64,000 bases of DNA from Raja brachyura (lineage: Eukaryota): the NCBI GenBank assembly GCA_963514005.1, contig OY740805.1, positions 12,524,001-12,588,000 of the forward strand, given 5' to 3'. Each line of letters starts with the position of its first letter. The stretch's first letter is position 1. This document shows positions 50,301-59,208 of this stretch, piece by piece. The notes beneath the pieces are model-generated. The model had not been told where the DNA came from and made no database searches. It was given only the letters and a program-made list of their open reading frames with translations. The translations under genes were made by a program, and so were the position numbers.

Positions 50301-53300
50301 TGATTGAATGGGGAATTGGGTCTGCTGAAGGGGAATGTCTTCACCTTCTGTTAAATTGAGCGCATACACTGCTCTTTACTCAGCATTCAGCAGAGGCCCA
50401 TTCTCAAATTTCTGTTGTTCAGTTCTATCATATGGCAATTCCTGCAGCAATTCTGGATTGTCATCATCAAGGTGCATCCTTCCATTTCTTGGTTGTGGCA
50501 AACTAAAAAAATCCATTGTTTTGTTGTAATTCTCAATCCTCTGGACTCACTGAAGAATTTGTGCAAGACATTTTTTTCAGGCGGGGGCTGTCGGGGTGGG
50601 GTGGAGGGTAGCAAACATCATGCAGTCTAGGGAGGGAGACAGCTTCAGGCTCTCATGGGCTGATAGAAACATAGAACATAGAAATTAGGTGCAGGAGTAG
50701 GCCATCCGGCCCTTCGAGCCTGCACAGATATTCAATATGATCATGGCTGATCATCCAAATCAGTATCCCGTACCTGCCTTCTCTCCATACCCTCTGATCC
50801 CCTTAGCCACAAGGGCCACATCTAACTCCCTCTTAAATATAGCCAATGAACTGGCCTCAATTACTCTCTGTGGCAGAGAGTTCCAGAGACCCACCACTCT
50901 CTGTGTGAAAAAATCTTTCTCATCTCGGTCTTAAAGGATTTCCCCCTTATCCTTAAGCTGTGACCCTTTGTCCTGGACTTCCCCAACATCGGGAACAATC
51001 TTCCTGCATCTAGCCTGTCCAACCCCTTAAGAATTTTGTAAGTTTCTATAAGATCCCCTCTCAATCTCCTAAATTCTAGAGAGTATAAACCGTGTCTATC
51101 CAGTCTTTCTTCATAAGACAGTCCTGACACCCAGGAATCAGTCTGGTGAACCTTCTCTGCACTCTCTCTATGGCAATAATGTCCTTCCTCAGATTTGGAG
51201 ACCAAAACTGTACGCAATACTCCAGGTGTGGTCTCACCAAGACCCTGTACAACTGCAGTAGAACCTCCCTGCTCCTATACTCAAATCCTTTTGCTATGAA
51301 AGCTAACATAACATTTGCTTTCTTCACTGCCTGCTGCACCTGCACTGCCTACTTTCAATGACTGGTGTACCATGACACCCAGGATTTGCTGCATCCATAA
51401 AGCACAAGGACAAACAATGCAGAAGGTGTTGATCTACCTCAACAAACCTGATGAGGGAGGGGGGTGGCTTCAGGAGGGGGGAGCATCCTATAGCCAGGTG
51501 CAGGGCAGCGTCTTGAGATGGGGATGTCAGTGGGGGGGGGGGGGTGGGGGGTGGGGGGGCGGTGAGCGACCTACTCATGGCCTCTGGACTCACTCACTGC
51601 CTTGGGTCTAACTCATGGTCTCTGGACTGACTGACTCACTCATGGTCTCTGGACTGACTGACTGAATCACGGTTTGTGGACTGACTAACTTATGCCCAAC
51701 CCGCCGAAATGGTCAATTTTTACGCTGTAAATAATTATGGAAATCGGGATAAGCATGAGAGACATTTATCCTACTTCAGAATTCCGAACGTGAGCAGAAA
51801 TGATGGTAGATAGAAGCGAGAGCTGAAGGGACAACAACAGCTAAAGTGCTTGGTGAACATTGGCCGTGCAGATATCGGGATTGAAAATGTTGGGAATTAT
51901 CGTGTTTGCTCACTGCATTTCATCAACAGTAAGGCATTATTTGTGTCTTTTCTTTACTCCTTTGGCATGTAAAAAGTTTCAGAAATGATAAATCTGGCTG
52001 TAAAATTTTAAAATCGCCCATGGTTCTCAAGTGGGTTTTTACATTAAAAAAAAATGCCTCTGAAGCAAAATTTATCATTAAAAAAAATCAAAAAATACAT
52101 TTCACTCAGATGCAAGCCAAGGAATGGCGTAATTGTTAGCTGTTAATTGGACATAATCAACCTCAGCAAATTGACAATATCTTTGAAAGGGAGTGGATGT
52201 TTAAGCTGTCAGGACATTATTATTTGCCAAAATATACATCTCAATAGCATAATGATAGAAAACTTACTTTTCCACACACCGCTCGTAAGTCTGGAGATTT
52301 TTTTTAATGATAAATTTAGCTTCAGAAGCATTTTTAAAACACTTCAAAACCATGGGTGATTTTAAAATTTTACAGCCAGATTTATCACTTCTGAAACGTT
52401 TTAGACAGCAAAGGAATCAAAAACACAAATAATGCCTTACTGTTGATGAAATGCAGTGAATAAAAGGCGATAATTCCCAATATTTTCAATCTCGATATCT
52501 GCACGGTCAATGTTCGCCAAGTGCATTAGCTGCTGTTGTCCCTTCAGCTCTCGCTTCTCTTTACCTTCATTTCTATTCACTTTTGGAATTCTGAATTAGG
52601 ATAGATGTCCCTCACGCTTACCCCGACTTCCACAATTATTTACAGCTTAAAAATTCACAATTTTGGAAGTTTTTAACAGGTAGGAAAGTACGCGTTTCGT
52701 GTATTAACAACAATTACCGGAAGCTGCGATGTCCTCCAGATGGATTGAGCGGCTCCGTGCATCAAGCCCTTTGACCCGGTGACCTTACGTACAACCCCTC
52801 CTACACACACGCACACACACTCACTCTCAGACACACACACTCACTCACACACACACTCATATATACACACACACAGACTAGTAAGATTAAATGAGAACTT
52901 ACCAGTTTGAAGTTTGACCTTGATTTTATGAGGAGTTACGTTGGTGATTACATGAAGAAGGCCCACCAGGCCGCATACGCACCAATCTTCAAAGCAGCGG
53001 TATGAAATCACAAATAAACAACACCAAAGTGACGTAGTAAGATGCGTGACTCGAGAACTACTAGATGATCCTTTATGAGAGAGGGTTGGGCGTGGTAGGC
53101 ACATAATCACCATCATAACTCCTCATAAAATCAAGATCAAACTTCAAACTGGTAAGTTCTCGCTATCTTACTATTTTACTTTGGAGTCACGTGAGTGATT
53201 CTGTGAAGAGTTCAAAGCTTTGTGATTTCATGCCGCAGATTACATCCCACTGCATTGATTGACTCGAATGAGAAATTAATGCATTAGTAGTAACATTGCT

Positions 53301-56300
53301 TTTAATGCAGTAATAAAGTTTATTTAAACAATATAAACAAACAACAGTACCCCTCTATCCCAGGGCACTTTAAACAGAACTTAAAATAGCATTGGCAAAC
53401 AGCCCTGGATCGGCAATCGGCCGATGATAGAAATTCTGAAACATCAGCTCATTTGTTTGACGGCCGCCAAAATATGGTCGACGGGCACGTCCATCGCCTT
53501 GGCCGCCGACGTAGCTGCTGCCCTAGTGGAATGAGATGCAAACACACTATCTACATGATACGCTGACGTTGATGCTGACCTGGTGGAATGAGATATACTA
53601 TCGTCAGTGTTAATACCTGTATAACCCAGAACCTACTGCAGCCACCTTGAGATAGTCTGAAGCGACCTTCTTTGTGTAGTTGTTTGTTGACTAATAAACA
53701 ATGCTGATTCCACATTCTTAGGATTCTGGCGGCCTTGATAACATAGACGTGAGACCGTGGGGTATCCAAAAATGATCTTAAATCATGCCACCCCAAGTCG
53801 ACTCTGCTTGTGTAGAGCAGAATGTAAAATGTAATGGCACCTGCAGCCAATTCCATCCTATCTAGCCACAGTGTTTGCATTGTTTGCCGTCGTTGTGCTG
53901 ATATAAGTGTCATAACTAAGGATGTAGCTGGAACCCCTTGGTAAAGTAATGTTCACACATTTTCAATAACCAACTGCATAATCTTGTAGTGGGAGAACTT
54001 GTGTCAAGATCTTTATCCGGGTTGAACCCGACAGCGTAGTTCCCTTATATTGCAGCTGTTGTGTCTCTATAACTGAATTATTGTCAAATACCATTTAAAA
54101 TGAACTGGAAAATGTCAGTAATCTGTACCGTATTATATGTAACATTAACACTTAACAAAAAACACTTCTGATCCCCTCAATAGGAATGTACTGCTTTTTT
54201 GGGTGCTATCCCTGCACTCAGCAGCGAGCACCTTCATGGCTTGATGTGACAACCTGAGGCATAAGTCAATCCATTCAAAATGTGTAAGTCAATAATTGTT
54301 TTACTGTGCAAAGGCCAGTCTGCTGAACCACAGTTTGAAACAGCAAGTTCTTGTTTTTTGGAATAACCGTATACAGTTGTGCCATAATGCTTGATGAAAC
54401 AGGCAACATGGACGCTTGACCAGTCCGACAGTACGAACCCAAGCGAGGTCTTGCTGACTGTTTTAAGACCCGGCTAATGAGGCAAAAGTGAGGAAGACAT
54501 AAAAGACCATTCCTCCTATTGAAGCGAGAATGTATTTCTCCGCACTGTTGTGCCACATATTTTTGCAATCAGTGAATAAACATGCACCAACATGTCGATA
54601 TTCGATGTAGTATTGAACCATACTTTCATCATACTTTGAGATCCAACACTTATTCTGTGTTATCATCGATCTGAACTGGATGATACACCAGTGGCAAAGG
54701 AGATTTAGTTAATTATTACAGGATACTTTCACTTGATTACCATTTGACTAATATATGTCACCATCGTAGAGCAGAAACGTGAATTTGAGCTTGTAGAATA
54801 TGTATATTCGCACAATAGCCCCTTACCCATGGGGTGCATCTAGTGTATATATTTAGTTGATACCAACAATTGAAGAATTGGTAACTGCAATATCCAATAC
54901 GTCCAAGTAGGTGATGGTATTCAGAACTTCTCATCTTAGAGTCCTAGCATCAGTTTGTAATAACTGAATTCGACTGACCACACTACTGTAGCGAGGTTCA
55001 AGTTCAATGAGTTATTGTCATGTTCAGCAATGCTGAATACTGTTACTTCATCATTGTGGCTGAGGTAGCTTCAGCTGACAATGGCATAAGGTTGTCAACA
55101 ATGGTCTAATTGCATTTACACAATATCAGTTCCTTGATTTGCTCAGCTGAAACACAGCTGCTATATTGCCAATTACTCTTGATGAAAATAAAGCAGTTTT
55201 ATAACAGGTTGCTATTAACTCCAATGTCTTGCCACAAGGGTGGAGTCAAGGCTAATAATAATTAAAGGTAAATCCCAATGCCCAACAAACAGTTTATCCC
55301 TTACCCCAAAGCTTTACTGTTATAGGACAGTTATATTGTCTTTGATAACCTTTGTAATGGGATTTGCATAGCATGGATTTCTGACCCTTATGAATCTGTT
55401 GTTAGTCGGGAAATATAAGTTTTCATATTCGGAAAGTTCATATGCCCGATACTCTCCATTCTTCATAATAACATGCCACTCCTGCCGTATTCCATGGGTG
55501 GTTTGCATGAGAACTTTTGCCCAATTTCCGAACCTTTTTTAAAAAAAAAATAACCCTCTGTGTATTGTACAAAACAAATTTAAATATTACAACTTGTGAA
55601 CGGTGCACTACCCTTTTGGAAGTGCTAGACCCATTTTGTTGAGTAGGGTTGTTAAGGTGCATGGAATTTCAGAGCTATCATGCTGTCCCCAGCTCCAGGC
55701 TTACTGCTGGGGAACCGCTTACTGCTGATGAACGCTTGGGGTGCGTTCTGAAACAATGACTTTTGCCCACCGTTGGCCAAATTGATTCGTCTGCCAGGCT
55801 TTCTTCCCCTGTTAAATAGGCCTACCTGAATAACAGGCTCAGCGGCTGGCTCTCACATCCCCCTGTTGGCGCTATCACTGCCGGCACATATGTGCTTTAG
55901 TATGTTCTATTGACTGTCGAGCCTTGAGTCAGTTATATCTTGACCTTTTGCTCTTATCCTCCTCAGAGAGGGTGATTCGTAGGCAACCCTAACAGGCACA
56001 GCCGCAGGATACCAATACTGATATGAACCCATTGGCCTTACCCCAATAGAATATTTTACTGGGATGGCAACTTTGTTGTCAGAAAAAGGTACCTCTGACA
56101 TGTGCCCTTCATCCCTTGGGGTATGCCCCACGGCCATACCCTGAGACTCGGTGTCAGCAGGATACTGACCCGTCTTGATCTCTGCCTCCAAGAGGGAGAC
56201 CTCTGTAGCACTGTATGCAACTGTTGCTGTATTTGGGATAGTCGCTTCAAACGCAATATCCAGCCCCGGTGAGGAATTCATCCCCCGACTCCGTGGGCCT

Positions 56301-59208
56301 TGCTATCCAGCTGCAGTGGAGAACCATCTCCCGACTCCGTGGGCGAGCAGATATGTGTGAACTTGAGCAACCCTGTCCCAAGCGTTGCTGGTGCCGCCTT
56401 TTGTAAAGGTCGGCGCTTTTTGACATGAAACAGCCCTGTACCAGGTGCTGCTCGCACGGCTCGCCCGTAGGCCGGCACTTTCATACATGAAGCAGTCCTG
56501 TCAGGCACTTCTGCCACGGCCTGTCCCATAGGCCCGCACTATTACACATGAAGCAGACCTATCCCAGGTGCTGCTGGTGCGGCCTGTCCCATAGGTCCAC
56601 ACTATTACACATGAAGCAGCCATATCCCAGGCGCTGCTGGCGTGGCCTGTCCCATAGGCCCGTTCTATTACAGTGTAAGCTCACTAAATCAACATTTTTA
56701 GTGTACGGCTTTATCTGTGAAGGGTTAAAACAATTCACAGCAATTTCTGCTAAACAACAAGGGTTACCTTGTCTGAGACATATAACAATAACTTTTTATG
56801 ACTTTAACTTTGACGTTAGCTTTTAACTTTAAGAAAAACACTATAACATACATACATTTTATTATAAGGAGAAACCCTTTGTAGCCCGACTTACCTGAGT
56901 CCAAACAGGACTGAATTAGTCCCATTTCATTCTTTTCCTGGGGACCAACGTCTGTGAGCTACTGACCCCACTGTCAGTGACTCTAGCGTTACTTCCTTGC
57001 AGTTCCAACGCCATCCTCGCAGGCTGGGAGCAGCTGACTACACTGTCAGCGACTCTGCTTGAATTTCTTGCCGTTTTTACGGCATCCCCTCAGGCTGGGA
57101 GCCGCTGACGGCACTGTTAGCGGCTCCTTATCTCGCCACCCGATCAATTTGCCGGTTATCCGCTTCCGCGGTCGGACTGGGTTTCCCCACAGTCCATAAC
57201 CGACACACTCGTCGGGCTGCGAAACTGGCAGGAAAACCTCTGTGAAAAGAGGCTCCTGCCTGAAAAAACCTGGTAAGTCAAAACAAACTTACCTTCTAGA
57301 TTTAACTTACCGCAGGCAGGAGCTCTGGCCTGCCAGTCTGCTGCTTGCGCCACTGCAGCTGACATACTGGTGCGCATGCGGCCTGGCGGGTCTTCTTCAC
57401 GGAATCACTCACGTGATTCCNNNNNNNNNNNNNNNNNNNNNNNNNNNNNNNNNNNNNNNNNNNNNNNNNNNNNNNNNNNNNNNNNNNNNNNNNNNNNNNN
57501 NNNNNNNNNNNNNNNNNNNNNNNNNNNNNNNNNNNNNNNNNNNNNNNNNNNNNNNNNNNNNNNNNNNNNNNNNNNNNNNNNNNNNNNNNNNNNNNNNNNN
57601 NNNNNNNNNNNNNNNNNNNNNACAGACTCACAAACACAGACTCCCAAACACAGATTCACACACACTCACTCACACACACTGAACATACACTGACCCACAC
57701 ACACTCATGCACTCACTCACACACACTCACAACCAATACTAAAATGCCAAGTAACATCAGAACGTGGTGAACATACAGTGTGTGAACCGAATGATTCAAA
57801 CGTTTAAAGCCTGCTGTAGAGGCTGCTGCTGCTGAAGCAAAAACATGTTTTAAATAACGTCCAACAAACACACTCACCATAGACAGAGCAGTCAGCTCTC
57901 TTGAATTATTAAACGGCGTCTGCACTCTGCGCCTTCTTGATGTCTCGCTTCTTGCCACGAACTGGAAATGACGCACTCAGTGCCAGCATGCCACTAACCG
58001 GAAATGACGTAATCGGCGCCATCTTGCAACTAAGCGGAAGTCACGGAATGAGCGCCAGGTTTGCAATTAGTCGCAGTCCTGACCTAATAAAATGTTTATT
58101 CACGCTTTATCCGTCTGAAAACTGTTGCAAGCATTTTAAAAGCCAAGCCAATTTGGCAAACACTTTGCAAACAACCAACACATTTTCTGAAGAGTCTTTA
58201 AAAGCCAAGCCAATTTGGCAAACACTTTACAAGCAACCAACACATTTTCTGAAGAGTCTTTAAAAGCCAAGCCAATTTAGCAAACACTTTCCAAGCAACC
58301 AACACATTTTCTGAAGAGTCTTTAAAAGCCAAGCCAATTTGGCAAACACTTTGCAAGCAACAAACACATTTTCTGAAGAGTCATTAAAAGCCAAGCCAAT
58401 TTGGCAAAAACTTTACAACCACATCGAGGGGACTCACCGTGGAGTAGACGTGCGTTCAGTGATATTCGCAGCTCAGAGAGCCGTGAGCCTTCGCTTCCTC
58501 CGTCTCGCAGAGACTGAGTGAGGCACAACACTTCCGGGTTTTATAGCCCCTCCATCCTGCCATCAGCGGAGGCAGCAGAGAGAATAGCGAAATTTTTAAA
58601 ACATTAATAACTCTCTAATTTTTCATCGATGGGAAAAATCCTGTGGTCCAATCCGGCGGAGTGGGGCTCTGAGCGGGGTGGCCAAAAATGACGGCCATAA
58701 GTGGCGGCATTCTCTCGGGAATCACGAAACAGAAAGTCAAAAGCGGCCAAGATCTTAGTTTTAGTAGTATAGATAACGGCATAAAGAGCTGAAGGAAATG
58801 CCATGCAGTTGCAGGACAGGCTGGATGCTGCTTTCACATCGCTGGTATAATGAGAATGTTGAACGTTTGCTGTTTAATATTGTGTGTATTTTACACAGAT
58901 CAGGGGGTTACTGATGTGTGGGCCAGGGTTTGCTGACGTAAGTGTGTATTTGGGGTGGGACTGGCTCCCCTCCACCCAGGTGGACTTGATGCGCCAGCTC
59001 TCTGCTCTGTGTTCACCCCGGGCTCTCTGTGGGATCCTTAACCTTCCCTTGTCTCTCCCCAGAGCCCGAGGTACCCGAGGAAGCGTCCGGCCCTGGAACC
59101 GTGATCTGCGCTCTGGGACTCACTCTGGGAATCATCAGCACCGTGGTGGGAATCATCTTACTGATCAAAGAGAGGCAGCGGCTGCAGGCTCAGCAGCAGG
59201 GCATCTAG
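23324..59208 (+). CDS. MHC-IIA: MHC class II alpha chain gene, spliced: join(23324..23387,36645..36893,48131..48412,59063..59208), 246 aa
   Basis: Four exons with GT-AG boundaries and phase-1 junctions. 64+249+282+146 = 741 nt, open frame ending in TAG. Domain order is leader, alpha1, Ig-C1 alpha2, connecting peptide/TM/cytoplasmic. Exact locus name (DAA/DBA etc.) cannot be assigned from sequence alone. Confidence 0.96.
24670..25235 (+). mobile_element. Degenerate Penelope-like (GIY-YIG) fragment
   Basis: Decayed RQR.TSTSSN..Y..QCSRC....IG..K.RLG.HFAEHL, homologous to the element at 37778-38542. Similar remnants at 20500-20820, 21890-22130, 22450-22710 and 26290-26470. Confidence 0.75.
27640..28830 (+). 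mobile_element. Degenerate Rex1-like LINE with nested CR1 3' fragments
   Basis: PQGCDLAP, RFVDDASVVG, LRKLRIFGMS...FYRC and RFRNSF remnants. Confidence 0.65.
28860..29275 (+). repeat. C/T-rich low-complexity tract
   Basis: Predominantly pyrimidines on the + strand. Confidence 0.9.
29295..31535 (+). mobile_element. CR1 LINE ORF2 large fragment with nested SINE and CR1 insertions
   Basis: QHGFMKEKSCLTNLLEFFE...VYLDFQKTFDKVPH...GVPQASVL.P.LF..YIN...KFVDDTK; RPHLEYC. Confidence 0.9.
29617..30346 (-). mobile_element. tRNA-derived (HE1/V-SINE-like) SINE split by a CR1 3' fragment (29750-30155)
   Basis: Minus-strand head with A box and B box GGTTCAATCC; (CTAAA)n tail at 29617-29632. Related copies at 4650-4940, 6735-7025, 30390-30560 and 59740-60030. 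Confidence 0.75.
31560..32752 (+). repeat. C/T-rich low-complexity tract
   Basis: Polypyrimidine; generates spurious Pro/Ser/Leu ORFs. Confidence 0.95.
32920..36630 (+). repeat. 3.7-kb C/T-rich low-complexity tract ending at the exon 2 acceptor
   Basis: Continuous CCCT/CTCC-type sequence, G-poor. Confidence 0.95.
36645..36893 (+). CDS. MHC-IIA: MHC class II alpha exon 2 (alpha1 peptide-binding domain)
   Basis: cacacAG acceptor, GTGAGC donor, 249 nt. (Y)RHEDLLVYVAQDGSPDQQFDNIVDADEVFYMDFGLKKEVARIPEFQHILIQGGEAAISANMVILKQNLNVAKNLSHWSPETK contains the DxDE.FY.D, R.PEF and AN......NL hallmarks. Confidence 0.97.
37415..38736 (-). mobile_element. Penelope-like retroelement, 5'-truncated, with GIY-YIG endonuclease ORF and pseudo-LTR
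   Basis: Open ORF 38542-37778 with FTCTSSNLIYCIRCSRC..IYIGETKRRL..RFAEH...HFN...E..LI..L.SLHP.GLN. A 37-nt pLTR piece is repeated directly at 38700-38736 and 37502-37538. Confidence 0.93.
37510..37548 (-). ncRNA. Minimal type I hammerhead ribozyme motif in the Penelope pLTR
   Basis: Minus strand CTGAAGA-AGGGTC TC GACCC-GAAAC-GTC: catalytic core, stem II, palindromic ACGT stem III and GUC cleavage triplet. Stem I is short/weak. Confidence 0.7.
38800..39410 (-). mobile_element. Non-autonomous Helitron-like element
   Basis: Minus-strand 5' A|TCTATACTA at 39410; hairpin GGGACCC-AAT-AGGTCCC 11 nt from a degenerate 3' end. Both termini resemble those of 49341-58773. Confidence 0.65.
39440..44290 (-). 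mobile_element. L1-clade LINE (ORF1 + EN/RT ORF2), degenerate and 3'-truncated
   Basis: ORF1 44275-43502 DLEGRQRRQNLRIIGV.EG...YGLMYPATLRI; endonuclease SWNVKG..., FLQETH, NVYGPN, GGDLN, SDH; RT NQTGF, DAEKAFDQVEW, LYADD. Confidence 0.93.
40462..41107 (-). mobile_element. Young CR1/HER1-like 3' fragment inserted in the L1 RT
   Basis: Open frame VRPHLEYCVQFWSP...RGDLIETYKI...GTGY* with (TTTCTATG)n tail; interrupts the L1 IALLN|TDQKIL motif. Confidence 0.92.
44295..44872. mobile_element. Probable non-autonomous DNA transposon fragment
   Basis: AT-rich non-coding block ending in GTTACATTGCTA (TAG-start terminus on the minus strand); no partner TIR seen. Confidence 0.3.
45885..46300 (-). mobile_element. 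Rearranged Rex1-like LINE 3' fragment
   Basis: MFYQSVVAS..F.VVCWG, LIRKAGSVLG; AATAAA plus simple-repeat tail. Confidence 0.7.
46800..47350 (-). mobile_element. RTE-clade LINE ORF2 remnant
   Basis: Minus-strand KHQHW.DDNDTEIE and W.EHFEELINR resemble RTE motifs KHQDWFDEND.EI and RW.EHF..LLN. Confidence 0.6.
48131..48412 (+). CDS. MHC-IIA: MHC class II alpha exon 3 (alpha2 Ig C1-set domain)
   Basis: cccacAG acceptor, GTCAGT donor, 282 nt. VPPQAAMYPEDPVEWGQPNTLICLADGF...W...YSCHVEHEGLERPTTVFW, with both Ig cysteines and the YxCxVxH motif. Confidence 0.98.
50185..50340 (-). pseudogene. Helitron PIF1-family helicase C-terminal motifs (remnant)
   Basis: QFPIQSSFAMRIRKAQGQTMQKVLIYLDKPVFQHGQLYVVLAK matches the QFP...FAMTINK(S/A)QGQT...VF.HGQLYVA.SR signature. 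Confidence 0.88.
50664..51382 (-). mobile_element. CR1/HER1-like LINE 3' fragment nested in the Helitron
   Basis: QVQQAVKKAN.MLAFI...RPHLEYCVQFWSP...RGDLIETYKI; CR1 tail at 50664. Confidence 0.92.
51704..52667. mobile_element. Foldback/MITE-like element with ~370-bp imperfect inverted arms
   Basis: ~51704-52086 is the reverse complement of ~52300-52667 (e.g. AGAAGCGAGAGCTGAAGGGACAACA / TGTTGTCCCTTCAGCTCTCGCTTCT). Confidence 0.8.
52879..57420 (-). mobile_element. DIRS1-group tyrosine-recombinase retrotransposon, degenerate, near full length
   Basis: YR motifs LISAQRRQT and VFASHSTRAAATSAAKAMDVPVDHILAA...FQNFYHRPI (53410-53915); RNase H-like LLQTDA (~54945-54963). Inverted terminal repeats at 52944-52984 / 57368-57408; internal complementary region 53116-53209. 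Confidence 0.9.
56415..56672 (+). repeat. ~62-bp degenerate tandem repeat (x4) in the DIRS 5'/gag region
   Basis: Recurrent ACATGAAGCAG...CCAGG...GGCCTGTCCCATAGG. Confidence 0.75.
57421..57621. other. Assembly gap (201 N)
   Basis: Run of N at the DIRS terminus / (CA)n junction. Confidence 1.
58135..58420 (+). repeat. 62-bp minisatellite, ~4.5 copies, near the Helitron 5' end
   Basis: AGCCAAGCCAATTT recurs at 58141, 58203, 58265, 58327 and 58389. Confidence 0.95.
59063..59208 (+). CDS. MHC-IIA: MHC class II alpha exon 4 (connecting peptide, transmembrane, cytoplasmic tail, stop)
   Basis: tctctccccAG acceptor; (E)PEVPEEASGPGTVICALGLTLGIISTVVGIILLIKERQRLQAQQQGI*. CALGL.LG is the class II alpha TM signature. 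Donor GTGAGT 2 nt after the stop (59211) implies a separate 3'UTR exon. Confidence 0.96.

Larger units (their letters stand above)
49341..58773 (-). mobile_element. Helitron (defective, with nested insertions), ~9.4 kb
   Basis: Minus strand: 5' A|TC at 58773, 3' hairpin GGGACCC-AAC-GGGTTCC then CTAG|T at 49341. Inserted in an AT dinucleotide with no TSD; internal PIF1 helicase remnant. Joining the two ends across the gap is inference. Confidence 0.78.

Noticed and set aside
58135-58420. Regular repeat array superficially like CRISPR
   Set aside because: Head-to-tail units without unique spacers, in a eukaryotic TE context.
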